In this document: piece after piece, positions 10,613 to 19,872 of the stretch
How positions within the stretch are numbered: position 1 is the first letter of the stretch
How the letters are laid out: each line of letters starts with the position of its first letter
Assembly: GCA_041752695.1 (NCBI GenBank)
Contig: JBGSVZ010000113.1
Span: 1 to 64,000, forward strand
Length of the DNA stretch: 64,000 nucleotides
Source: Terrimicrobiaceae bacterium
GTDB taxonomy: Bacteria > Verrucomicrobiota > Verrucomicrobiia > Chthoniobacterales > Terrimicrobiaceae
Direction: 5' to 3'
The notes under the pieces: model-generated
Databases searched by the model: none
What the model was told of the DNA's origin: nothing
What the model saw: only the letters and a program-made list of their open reading frames with translations
Translations under genes and position numbers: made by a program

Positions 10613-13600
10613 GGCGCGGAGATTTTGAGGCGCAGGAATCGTTTGGTGCCCGCAGAGATCGGGCTCGAATCCGGGATGGTGACGCTCTGCCCAACCTTGG
10701 CGGGATCAGTCAGATCGGGATGGACGATGGGAGTCCAGGTGGACAGGTCAGGCGAGGATTCGACAGTATAGGTCAGGTCGGCCCGGGCCCGAACGAATGT
10801 CAGTGCCAGGCGCTCAGAGCTTTCCACCATTGCCGTGCCGAACGTGAGCAAGGGCGCGTTTTTTTGGGCTGGATGGCCTCCCAATGCATACTCCAAGAAG
10901 TTCGATATCCCGTCCCCATCGGGATCATCATTAGGGCCGGCGAGGCTCCCCAGGTTGTAGCCGCCAGCCCAAGAGGCGAAGCCGGTTGCCGATGCAACGA
11001 CCGAGATGGAGACCTCGTCGAATACGCTCACATCGCCGTCGGACGCCAACAGTCGCAGGACATAGAGTCCCGCGGAATTGCTGCTGACCGTCGTAGTTGC
11101 CGAAACTGTGTCACCAAAAACAACCGCCCCCGGCCCGTTGATTTTATCCCATTGAAGCGAAAGCGTCGCCGGAGGGTTCGGAGCGCCGTCGTCCGAGGCT
11201 GTTCCCGCGAGGCTGAACAAAGCGCCAGCCGCCGTGTCGCCATCGGCACCCGCATTGACCAGCGGCGCTGCGTTGAGCGGGGAAACCAATGACAGCAACG
11301 GAACTTCCGCAGCTGGGACAATCCGGTTGTAAATACGAGCCTCATCGATCCTCCCCGGCCACGAGGTGTTGTTGTTATTGCCCCCGATCCGGAACGACGG
11401 CGCGGCGACCTGCGCCCCTGACGGCACATTGCCAATCTCGCTGGTTCCGACCTGGCGACCATTGATATAAAATACAGGGTCCGCAGAGACTGATGACGCA
11501 TCGTATGAAACCGCAATATGCACCCATTCGAATGCTGGGATCGCATATTGCGCCTCCCAGAGACCGTCCACCGAGCGATCGGAAAACAACCGCAGGCGAC
11601 TGGTCCCGTTTGCCAGATAGAGGCGGAGACGGTTGTTGCCTGACGAATGGAAGTTGAAGATATAGCGGTCGTTCGTGGCCGGTGAGGCAGCAGCGAAAAT
11701 CCACGCCGACATCGTGACCTGCGCGGGAAGCGCAAGCGTGGAATTCTCAGCATTCTGAGTGACCGAGGCGTCGCCGGTGTAGGCCTTACCCGCGATCCCG
11801 TCGCCGCCCGTCGTCGCGCCGTTCAGCGTGAGCGTCCGCCCGTTGCCCGAGTTATCCGCGATCAAGGTGCCCGTGTCCTCGTCAAATTTCCACCAGCCCT
11901 GCAATCCGTTGGCGGCAATGGCATCGCCATCGGATTCAACAAAAACATAAACATCGCGCGTCGTGGCGGCCGCACCGTCGGATGCAGTGAGGCGCAGAAT
12001 GTGCAGGCCGGCCACGTCAAATTTCACGGTCGTTGCCGCCATGGACGGAGACCCAAAGGTGACTCCGCCAGGACTACTCACGACGGACCATGCTGCGGCG
12101 ACACTGGAACCACCTGGCAGCCCGTCGTCGGTGATGAATGCATCGAGTTGCAGCGTGACACTACGGTCCGGCAATTCGACAAATCCCGAAGCCGGACTAC
12201 TCAGCACGATGACCGGAGGACGGTTCAGCGAAACGATGAAAGATTGAACGACCGACGTGAGGCCGTCTGAAACCAAAATCGTGACAGGATGGTTCTGCAC
12301 GCCGCTGTCAGGAGCAATGCCAGAGAGCGTCGCCGTGCCATTGCCATTGTCCACCAGCGTGAGCCATGACGGCAGATCCGCAGCCGAGAAACTGATGGCA
12401 TGACCGTCCGTGTCCGACGCAGCCACCGTGTAGGAAAAGGCAGCCCCAGCAGAGGCCTGAAGGGTCGGCGAACTGGAAAATTGCGGTGCCGTGTTTCCGT
12501 TGGAAGGAATGACTGTGATCGAGAACGATTGCTGCACCGACGTCGTGCCATCGGTTACCTGTAACACCACCGGATAGGTCCCGGGCGTGGTCGGTGTGCC
12601 GGACAAGGCGGCGGTGCCATTGCCATTGTCGGTGAGAGTGAGCCATACAGGCTTCGTAGGCGCAGTGATGGCGAGCACATTATTCTCCAGGTCCGTGCAG
12701 GCGACGGCATATTGATAGGATTGTCCGGTCGTCCCCAGGGGTATGGGAACAGAGGCAAATACTGGCGGGCTATTCACTGTTGCCGTGCCGCCGATATCGC
12801 TGAGGTTGCTTTCGATAAATGGCTTTGGAGTGGCCGCAGCGGTGTAGGGCGATGACGGCATCGTCGTCGTATTGCCGCTGGCGATCCCCACCAGCGCGCT
12901 GCTATTCAACGTCGAGTTGAGCCACGTGACGCGGATGCGGCCGTCATCAAAAATTTCCGTCTGAAAGCTCACCGCGGTGGTGACGCCGTAATTGCGCACC
13001 GCATCCCAGAAATAGATGGTGCGCGCCTGCCCCGCGGTGGTGTCGCGTTTCCAACGCACCGTCCCGCCGGCACCGGGATTGAGATCTGCCCAAAGACCGT
13101 CGATGCGGGCCGTCCCTGCTACAAAATGCCCCGAGAGGGTTGGAAATGAAGGTGCTGAGGGACTTGTCGTAAACAAAAGAGCCCCATTGGTAACGACGTG
13201 AATGGTCGAATAATTGACGCCAAAGAAACTGAAGTTCGCAGGAAGCGTCTGCGTCCACCACCCGTCATCGGCTGTGCCCCCCGTCATGGCAACCACGCTG
13301 AAATTGCTGAATCCCGACGTGCCGGAAGGGAATGCCGAGACCGTGGCCATCGAAGCCGTATACTTATTTTGTCCGGCACCGGGAACAAGCGTCAGCGATT
13401 TTCCGTTCAAATCAAACTCGCCGGCTGTGTCAAAAAACTCCGTCAGATAATCCGTGCCGTCGTCATCGGCAATCAAGAGCGTCGCCGAGCCGGGCACACC
13501 ACTCGCATAACCTGCACCACTCTGAAGCGTAAGAGTCGCGCTTTCACTTCTCTCTGCGACCGTGTCATTCACCGGTGTGAGCGAGAGAAAAACCTGTGCC

Positions 13601-16600
13601 TGCCCTGCCGGAATTGTGACCGTTCCAACGCCGGTCCCGGAGGCATAGGAAACACCGGCCCCGGTGAGCGTGTAGTCGGCACTCAAGTCAGCAGCACCGC
13701 TCATTTGAAAGGAGACAGTCAATGGCAAAACCAGCGATCCAACTCCTCCTCGCGTGAATTGGAACGTCCCTGCGATGGGCGCGACGGCTTCACCCGGCGC
13801 ACCGGTGGCGCGAACGGTAACAGTCGGTTGATCGTTATCCGAGATCGCAACCACCAGCGGGGGAGCCGTGACTCCGTTGTAATTTCCCGAGGCCGAGACG
13901 GAATGGGTGATCGTGCCGGAGTGCGTCCCTTCCGGATTGGAATCATCCACAGCGGTGAGATTCACCGCCTGCGGGACACTCCAGTTTGATGGAGTAAAGG
14001 TGAGCGTCGAGGGATTCGCGAAAAGCTGAGAGCCACTGTTGATGGCAACTGTCACGTTGGAGTCCGGCGCGTAACCGAGAGCCACCGAATAGCTATCGCC
14101 TGTCCCGCCTTCGGTGGCAGAAGTGCCCCCCCCGGTCTGGCGAAGATAAAGGAAAGGCGCAGTCGGTGCCGACCTCACAATCTGGACGGCATTAAACCCG
14201 AGCTTCTGCTGGGTCGCGGCAATTTGACGATCGACCGTCATCGTGAACCCCGAACCGCGCAGGCCCCTGAAGACAGCATAGTTGCCAAGCAAGGCATCAT
14301 TCGATGCCACGGCGGTGGTGGCAGTCGATTCCTTGAACCCCACCCATGTGTCATAAACCGGGTAGTCACCCACTGCATCCGATGAGGAAAGCGAATTTTT
14401 CCCATAGACATCGGCGGGAGGCGCACCCTCGGTGGGGGTGCAGATGAAGCGCTGAGGTGCGGTGTCTTTAATGTCATTACCACGCAGGTCGAAATAGACA
14501 TAGACGTCGTATTGCGGGTAGGGAACGTTCGTGGCAGTGAGCGACGGCCGCTGCGCCTCGTCCTGGCGGATTTCCGATAGTCCCTTGAACATGCGCCCCG
14601 GACCGGTTGCGGTGTCGGCATTACTGGAACCGTCGCCGTAATTTCCGTTGGCTGTTCCCACCCAGGAGACATTCATAGTGGTCGGATTCCCGAGGTAATC
14701 CACCACATTGGCCGACGAGCCGGAGAGCCCAACCAGGTTCACCCAGTTCGGCTGCGGATAGACCGCACCACTGACATCGCTGAAAAACATAGAGCCGCCG
14801 GAGGCATTCTTCGTATTCATGTTCAGCCCAATGGAGGGCTGAGGAGCCGGGCTGACGACGGTCAGCGTCACAGGCGCACTTTGTGTCCAACGACCAGTGT
14901 TATCGGTGGCCACCGCGACCACTGACTTCGCGCCCACGGAAACTTTCGGCCAAGAATAACTATAAGGCGAAGTGGTATCCGTGCCGAGATAAGAGCCATC
15001 GGCAAAAAACACGACCGAGGCGATACCGTCTCCATCGCTTGCCTCAGCCTGCAGGAGGATGTCTGAGTTGACCAGAAACTGTTCCCCGTCGACGGGCTGG
15101 CCAATGGAAACCGCAGGAGCGGCGTTCGTCGCAGGATCCGCTTGTGAAAAACTTCCCACTGGCACCGGCGTGGGGGAAGTCGTTCGCGTGCTCCAGGCCA
15201 GCGTCAGAGCCTCGGAGCCGTCTTTGTGAAAATACTCCAACCGGAATTTCTGTTTTCCGGCGTTGAGGGCGATGCTGCCACTCTTGGAAAAAGCCGTCGC
15301 CTGAAGCGCGTTATTATCCACCACGAGCGTGTTGCCGATGTAGAAGCGAGCACCATCGTCGCTGGTGACATTGAAAGTGTAGATGTCGGTCGTCGGTACG
15401 TCGATATAACCCTCAAACAGAAAAGCGAAGTTATCATTTCGGTTCCGGGGCGAAATACTGACGCCTGAGACGGTTCCGGATTTCAGCGGCAGCAGCGTTG
15501 CGAAGTCCGGCATCGTGGCGAACGTGCCTTCGTAATACCGGTAATTAACGTCACCGAGCGTGGCCGAGGGATTTTCTGGAGGCCGATAAGCGATCGCTCC
15601 CACATTCACCCAACAGGTGGCAGCGGCGGTCTTTCCCTTCATATCGCTGACCGTGCAAGTGACGAGATAGAAGCCCGAGGCGTTCCATGTCTTGCTCTGG
15701 GAGGCACTGTTGGCGGTCGAATAGGTGCCGTCGCCGAAGTCCCAGTCGTAAGCAAGCGTGTCCCCGTCGGGATCGGAAGCAGTGACGGAAAACGCCAGCG
15801 GCGAACCAGTGCCGGCGGCGTAGGTGGTCTGGGAAAAGGAGGCCAATGGCGCGTTGGGCGAGCCCGATCCGTAGTTAACCACCACATCCATCCACTCGTG
15901 GGTGTTGCCTCCGCTCGCGGTACTTCCGCGCTGCACCGGCGTGACGCTGAATCCGCCATAAAGCTGGGCGCCGTTGACATTCGGACCCTCGGTGTAGGTG
16001 CGTCCGATTTTGATCGAACTGTCGTTCGCATCGCTCGTCTGCTGCGAATACGGGGTGGTGTCGATCCGGTTACTACCATCGCTGAGGCGGGAGTGGACTG
16101 TGATGGCGTTCCGGTTCCAATCTGATCGTCCGCTGCCGCCATCCGTTCCCGAGACGTGACCAAAACCAAGGAACACGCGTCTGGAATCCGTGAAGCTCGA
16201 CATTGGGATCAGCAAAGCGCGAAGGTTGGAAGTGGCCGTGCGCGAATAAGGGTCGATATAATCATACAGCCGGTAGGTGCCGGATGTCGTAACATCGCGG
16301 ATCTCCCCTCGCGAACGCTCGAGAAAACCGAGTTGCTCCTGAAACAGAGTATTGAAACCGGTGACCATGCTGCCGCTGCCCATGATGTCCCAGCCGTCGT
16401 TGTATTCCCCGCTGGTGCCGCTCACCGCGCGCGGTTGCTCGCCTTGCGCGACGTTCCACGAGTTGGCGTGCACGACACCCCAGTTGTGCCCCCACTCGTG
16501 CTCGGCGACGCTGCTGCTGAGAGAGTTAGCGGTCCACGCAATGGCGCCTCCCACGTAAGCCAGCCCGGTTGAAGTAACGAGCTTGGAATTGCTCATCACG

Positions 16601-17862
16601 ACCCAGCGATCAAAATTATCCGGATCTTTCGGTCCGTTGTTGGTCCAGTCGCCGCCCATGGCCTCGACCAAAGCCTTGGCATCAAAAGCCTGCGTGCTGA
16701 GGGCGTTTGACAACTCCGCGACGGTTTTCGAAAGCCGCACAACAGGAGAGACCACCAGTCGGGGAACGAGCACCTCGCTGCCGGTGCCTGGATTTTTATA
16801 CTTCGGACCGAACCAAGTCTGGCGGTAGCTGACGTTGTAGAAGTTCTGCGAAGCGGTGTTGAGTTGACTATCGAGGCTGGCGAACGTCGGCGAGTTCGTC
16901 CAGGACGCCCCGTCGCTCGCCTCAACGAGAAACACAAACACGGTTTTGGGCCCTTTTTGATGCGCAAAAGGCCCCGTGTATTCGTTGTATGCCACCGTCG
17001 GAGGCGCGGGTCCTGTCGGCGGAACCTCCGGGTCGAACGTCGGCCCGGAGGCTGCGAGCGGCAGCTCCGCCGGAGTCATCTTTTCCTTCACGAAAGCCTC
17101 GAGCTCGGCCTTGTCGGTAACCGCCGTCGTGATGCCCTTGTAGGTCACCGCGTAGCCGCCATCGGGCACGAATCCCGCAGGCATTTCATTGGCAGCGCGA
17201 ACCACGATTGCGTCCTCGTGGAGGGCAATTTGGCCGTCCAGGGCCACACCGGAGAGGGACGCATTTGTCTGCGTATTCATCTCCTTACGCAGCCCGTAAA
17301 CATGGGCGTTGTAGCGCGTGTCACCAATGATTGCCTCCCGCTTGATGCTGCTCCCGTGGTGCTGCTCGTCCCCGCAGACGGCGAGGACGCCGTAGAATCC
17401 CTCTCCCGCAACGACCTGCTCCAACTGATCCGTCAGTTCCTGCGGCAGGTTCGCCCGGTCCGCTGGCGAGGGGGAGGACAGGAGCGCCGTTCGGGGATCG
17501 CTGGCAATCAGGCTGCCCATCACCTTGCGACGGGCCGCAACCAAAGAGCGCCCCTCCGCAAGCATCCCGTCACGGGTCGCCGGATCTGCGGCAACATATC
17601 GCCCCATCCACGCATCAAAGTCCGCGACCTCGCGGGGCACCTCAATAGCGACATGCTGCCTTGCCACCTCGGTGGAAGACGAGGCGTCAGGGGTGCCGTC
17701 CGGCTTGGTCGGCAGGCGGGCCGTCAAATACTCGGCGCTCATCCGCGAGGGAAGCGAAACGTCCTCCGGAGTGGCCTTGGCAACACCGGATGGCTTGCTG
17801 CACCCCCCGAACAAGAGCGCGAAACCGGCCGCTGAAAGCAGATAGAAAACCTTGGTCCTCAT
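10609..17862 (-). CDS. 2417-aa surface lipoprotein: metzincin metallopeptidase plus PKD, PA14, Ig-like, Calx-beta, putative Ig (He_PIG) repeats, LamG and verrucomicrobial C-terminal domain
   Basis: Lipobox LLFGGC; HEWGHNWGVVH; YDWDFGDG (PKD); FNVTSDDGARFYI (PA14); WLTLTDNGNGTA twice; GWWKFDE...GRIDEARIYN (LamG); DPDGDGISNFLEYALG...FLRLKI. Confidence 0.85.
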   Translation of the reverse strand: MRTKVFYLLSAAGFALLFGGCSKPSGVAKATPEDVSLPSRMSAEYLTARLPTKPDGTPDASSSTEVARQHVAIEVPREVADFDAWMGRYVAADPATRDGMLAEGRSLVAARRKVMGSLIASDPRTALLSSPSPADRANLPQELTDQLEQVVAGEGFYGVLAVCGDEQHHGSSIKREAIIGDTRYNAHVYGLRKEMNTQTNASLSGVALDGQIALHEDAIVVRAANEMPAGFVPDGGYAVTYKGITTAVTDKAELEAFVKEKMTPAELPLAASGPTFDPEVPPTGPAPPTVAYNEYTGPFAHQKGPKTVFVFLVEASDGASWTNSPTFASLDSQLNTASQNFYNVSYRQTWFGPKYKNPGTGSEVLVPRLVVSPVVRLSKTVAELSNALSTQAFDAKALVEAMGGDWTNNGPKDPDNFDRWVVMSNSKLVTSTGLAYVGGAIAWTANSLSSSVAEHEWGHNWGVVHANSWNVAQGEQPRAVSGTSGEYNDGWDIMGSGSMVTGFNTLFQEQLGFLERSRGEIRDVTTSGTYRLYDYIDPYSRTATSNLRALLIPMSSFTDSRRVFLGFGHVSGTDGGSGRSDWNRNAITVHSRLSDGSNRIDTTPYSQQTSDANDSSIKIGRTYTEGPNVNGAQLYGGFSVTPVQRGSTASGGNTHEWMDVVVNYGSGSPNAPLASFSQTTYAAGTGSPLAFSVTASDPDGDTLAYDWDFGDGTYSTANSASQSKTWNASGFYLVTCTVSDMKGKTAAATCWVNVGAIAYRPPENPSATLGDVNYRYYEGTFATMPDFATLLPLKSGTVSGVSISPRNRNDNFAFLFEGYIDVPTTDIYTFNVTSDDGARFYIGNTLVVDNNALQATAFSKSGSIALNAGKQKFRLEYFHKDGSEALTLAWSTRTTSPTPVPVGSFSQADPATNAAPAVSIGQPVDGEQFLVNSDILLQAEASDGDGIASVVFFADGSYLGTDTTSPYSYSWPKVSVGAKSVVAVATDNTGRWTQSAPVTLTVVSPAPQPSIGLNMNTKNASGGSMFFSDVSGAVYPQPNWVNLVGLSGSSANVVDYLGNPTTMNVSWVGTANGNYGDGSSNADTATGPGRMFKGLSEIRQDEAQRPSLTATNVPYPQYDVYVYFDLRGNDIKDTAPQRFICTPTEGAPPADVYGKNSLSSSDAVGDYPVYDTWVGFKESTATTAVASNDALLGNYAVFRGLRGSGFTMTVDRQIAATQQKLGFNAVQIVRSAPTAPFLYLRQTGGGTSATEGGTGDSYSVALGYAPDSNVTVAINSGSQLFANPSTLTFTPSNWSVPQAVNLTAVDDSNPEGTHSGTITHSVSASGNYNGVTAPPLVVAISDNDQPTVTVRATGAPGEAVAPIAGTFQFTRGGVGSLVLPLTVSFQMSGAADLSADYTLTGAGVSYASGTGVGTVTIPAGQAQVFLSLTPVNDTVAERSESATLTLQSGAGYASGVPGSATLLIADDDGTDYLTEFFDTAGEFDLNGKSLTLVPGAGQNKYTASMATVSAFPSGTSGFSNFSVVAMTGGTADDGWWTQTLPANFSFFGVNYSTIHVVTNGALLFTTSPSAPSFPTLSGHFVAGTARIDGLWADLNPGAGGTVRWKRDTTAGQARTIYFWDAVRNYGVTTAVSFQTEIFDDGRIRVTWLNSTLNSSALVGIASGNTTTMPSSPYTAAATPKPFIESNLSDIGGTATVNSPPVFASVPIPLGTTGQSYQYAVACTDLENNVLAITAPTKPVWLTLTDNGNGTAALSGTPTTPGTYPVVLQVTDGTTSVQQSFSITVIPSNGNTAPQFSSSPTLQASAGAAFSYTVAASDTDGHAISFSAADLPSWLTLVDNGNGTATLSGIAPDSGVQNHPVTILVSDGLTSVVQSFIVSLNRPPVIVLSSPASGFVELPDRSVTLQLDAFITDDGLPGGSSVAAAWSVVSSPGGVTFGSPSMAATTVKFDVAGLHILRLTASDGAAATTRDVYVFVESDGDAIAANGLQGWWKFDEDTGTLIADNSGNGRTLTLNGATTGGDGIAGKAYTGDASVTQNAENSTLALPAQVTMSAWIFAAASPATNDRYIFNFHSSGNNRLRLYLANGTSRLRLFSDRSVDGLWEAQYAIPAFEWVHIAVSYDASSVSADPVFYINGRQVGTSEIGNVPSGAQVAAPSFRIGGNNNNTSWPGRIDEARIYNRIVPAAEVPLLSLVSPLNAAPLVNAGADGDTAAGALFSLAGTASDDGAPNPPATLSLQWDKINGPGAVVFGDTVSATTTVSSNSAGLYVLRLLASDGDVSVFDEVSISVVASATGFASWAGGYNLGSLAGPNDDPDGDGISNFLEYALGGHPAQKNAPLLTFGTAMVESSERLALTFVRARADLTYTVESSPDLSTWTPIVHPDLTDPAKVGQSVTIPDSSPISAGTKRFLRLKISAP

Positions 17863-19769
17863 CCGGCTTCCCCCTTTGAGTTCCGATAGACCGGCAGTTG
17901 CCCGGAAAAATCTACTGTGTAGCCAACCGTCCCATCGGTGACCTCCAGAACGGATTTGTCCAATTTGACAAACGGCCCGGAGTAGACAGCGCTGGAAGGC
18001 GCAGCGATGCCGGTGGTCCGCGCCCGGTCCGACCCCGCATCGTGTGCGATGGTGACCGGCTCTTGTCCGGCAATGCGAATACCCAGCGCGACGTCCCGAT
18101 CGAACTCGGACTCATCGAAGACGTAGGTTTTTTGAGCCCATTTGGCAAAACTGGCAACGTCTGAAAAATCGCCTGCCCCCGCGGCAATGACCGCAAACCC
18201 GGAGGGCCGACCGCTGATCTTGAGAATCTGCGGAAGTGGGGGCAACGGAGCCCCGGCATCTGATTTCTTTTTCCGGGAAGCCACTTCCTTCGCGTTCAGT
18301 TCCACATCGGCAATCTCCGATTTCTTACCAAATGGTCTGACACCGACCCATGCGTTCCCCATCCGAAAAATCCACAGAGACCCCGACCTTTCTGGCGTCA
18401 CCCCTTCCGGCAGCGAGACAAACGTGTAGTCAAGCGGCTCATCCGCAGGAATCCGGCTCAGGCAGATGTAAAGGGAGCCGATCTGGACGGACTGGTCGTA
18501 GCGCCCTCCCCCGTCGCGATAGGTGATTTCATCCAACTTCTTTCCCGTGTGATCGCTTTTCCGCGGATTTCCACCGGTCAGGGCAACCGCACCTGCCGGC
18601 CCACCGGCGACGAGTTCGAATCGCGTGATCTGGCCGCCGAACCCGTTATCCAGCGAACCCATCGTGAACGAAGGGGCAATGTGGAGTGTTTCAAAATATT
18701 CGCCTGCTTTCGGTGCGATGCCCTGGCCGAACCAATAATTTGGCTTCGTATTCTGAAGCGTGACAGGAAGGCCCGGGAGCTCCTTCCGGGCGATGTAGGT
18801 GAGGACCGCGTTGGGCCGCCAGGATGACGTGGCCGGGTGCATCGCGAAGCGAAAACCTCCCACCTCTGCCGGCCTCGCATCCCCTCCCCACCAAAGCCAA
18901 CCGGTTTGATCCGCAATGGAAGAAAACGGTTTGTCGTAATAACCGCGCTGGTTCGGACCGCAGTAAATGCCGTCGCGGTATTTCAACGCATAAGCCGCCG
19001 TGAACCAATCCAGTGCTGCCGCCGCAATCAGCCGCAATTCCGGATCGCTGGAAAAATCATAGATGTTCAGCATCCCGTGCAGGTCAAACATAAGGTACGT
19101 CGGTGAATCCCACTCGCCCTGACCTGCCGCATAGAGGCTTTTGACGTAGGCCCGCAGTTTTTCCTTTGCTTCTTTGAGTGCGGCGTCCCGGTCCTTGTTC
19201 GCGATTCTCCCGCCATCCAGATACTCAGGCAGCACCGCTGCGGCGCACAGGTTCATCGTCTTGTGGTTTTCGGTTCCTCCCGGATTGAGATAAGCGCTGT
19301 ATTTGGCTGCGGCTGCTGCCAGCGCGGACTTGGTTTCCGGGGTGAGGGCTTCTCCAAAAAGCGGCAGGAACCTTGCCCAATTAATCGCCGCAAAGTGATA
19401 ATTTTCCTTGGGGCTGCGGTCGTCGTTCATGAACTTCCTAGCCTCGGCATCGTCAGGATTCACCAACAGCTTTGCCATCGCAGCACCGGGGAGATATTTT
19501 CCCGGATCTCCCCCGGCGAAATACCCCCTCCGCCACTTCGAAAGGTCTTCCTGCGCCAAAGCAGAAATTAAAAGTTCCCGACGCTTCGGGAAGCCGACGG
19601 CATCGGGGTATGTGACAGGGTCCGCTGACGTTCCTGCGGCCGGATGACTGCTCTCAGGCAGAGGCCATTGCGCTCCAGCCTGCGCCGACGCGAAAAGGAG
19701 CGTGGCGGCTAGAAGTTGCGGGAGCAAAGGTTCAATCATCAATGGGGGAAGTCCGAGCCAAGCTATCAC
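17859..19769 (-). CDS. Secreted hypothetical protein, possible (alpha/alpha)-toroid polysaccharide lyase-like
   Basis: Signal-like N-terminus; GTENH and GQGEWDSPTY motifs; translationally coupled to the downstream gene; start may be 19739. Confidence 0.55.
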   Translation of the reverse strand: MIAWLGLPPLMIEPLLPQLLAATLLFASAQAGAQWPLPESSHPAAGTSADPVTYPDAVGFPKRRELLISALAQEDLSKWRRGYFAGGDPGKYLPGAAMAKLLVNPDDAEARKFMNDDRSPKENYHFAAINWARFLPLFGEALTPETKSALAAAAAKYSAYLNPGGTENHKTMNLCAAAVLPEYLDGGRIANKDRDAALKEAKEKLRAYVKSLYAAGQGEWDSPTYLMFDLHGMLNIYDFSSDPELRLIAAAALDWFTAAYALKYRDGIYCGPNQRGYYDKPFSSIADQTGWLWWGGDARPAEVGGFRFAMHPATSSWRPNAVLTYIARKELPGLPVTLQNTKPNYWFGQGIAPKAGEYFETLHIAPSFTMGSLDNGFGGQITRFELVAGGPAGAVALTGGNPRKSDHTGKKLDEITYRDGGGRYDQSVQIGSLYICLSRIPADEPLDYTFVSLPEGVTPERSGSLWIFRMGNAWVGVRPFGKKSEIADVELNAKEVASRKKKSDAGAPLPPLPQILKISGRPSGFAVIAAGAGDFSDVASFAKWAQKTYVFDESEFDRDVALGIRIAGQEPVTIAHDAGSDRARTTGIAAPSSAVYSGPFVKLDKSVLEVTDGTVGYTVDFSGQLPVYRNSKGEAG

Positions 19770-19794
19770 AGGACGCCATAGGGGAAACCGTATG

Positions 19795-19821
19795 CTGCGT
19801 CCGAAATGACCGGTAATTGCG
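19795..19821 (-). promoter_or_regulatory. CGCAA-N17-CGCAG operator
   Basis: cgcaa-ttaccggtcatttcgga-cgcag on the minus strand, upstream of the 19769 operon. Confidence 0.6.
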
Positions 19822-19872
19822 CATCAGAAGGTGCCACGCCGCAGATTGGGCACTGACTTCCTTGAGAAGGGT

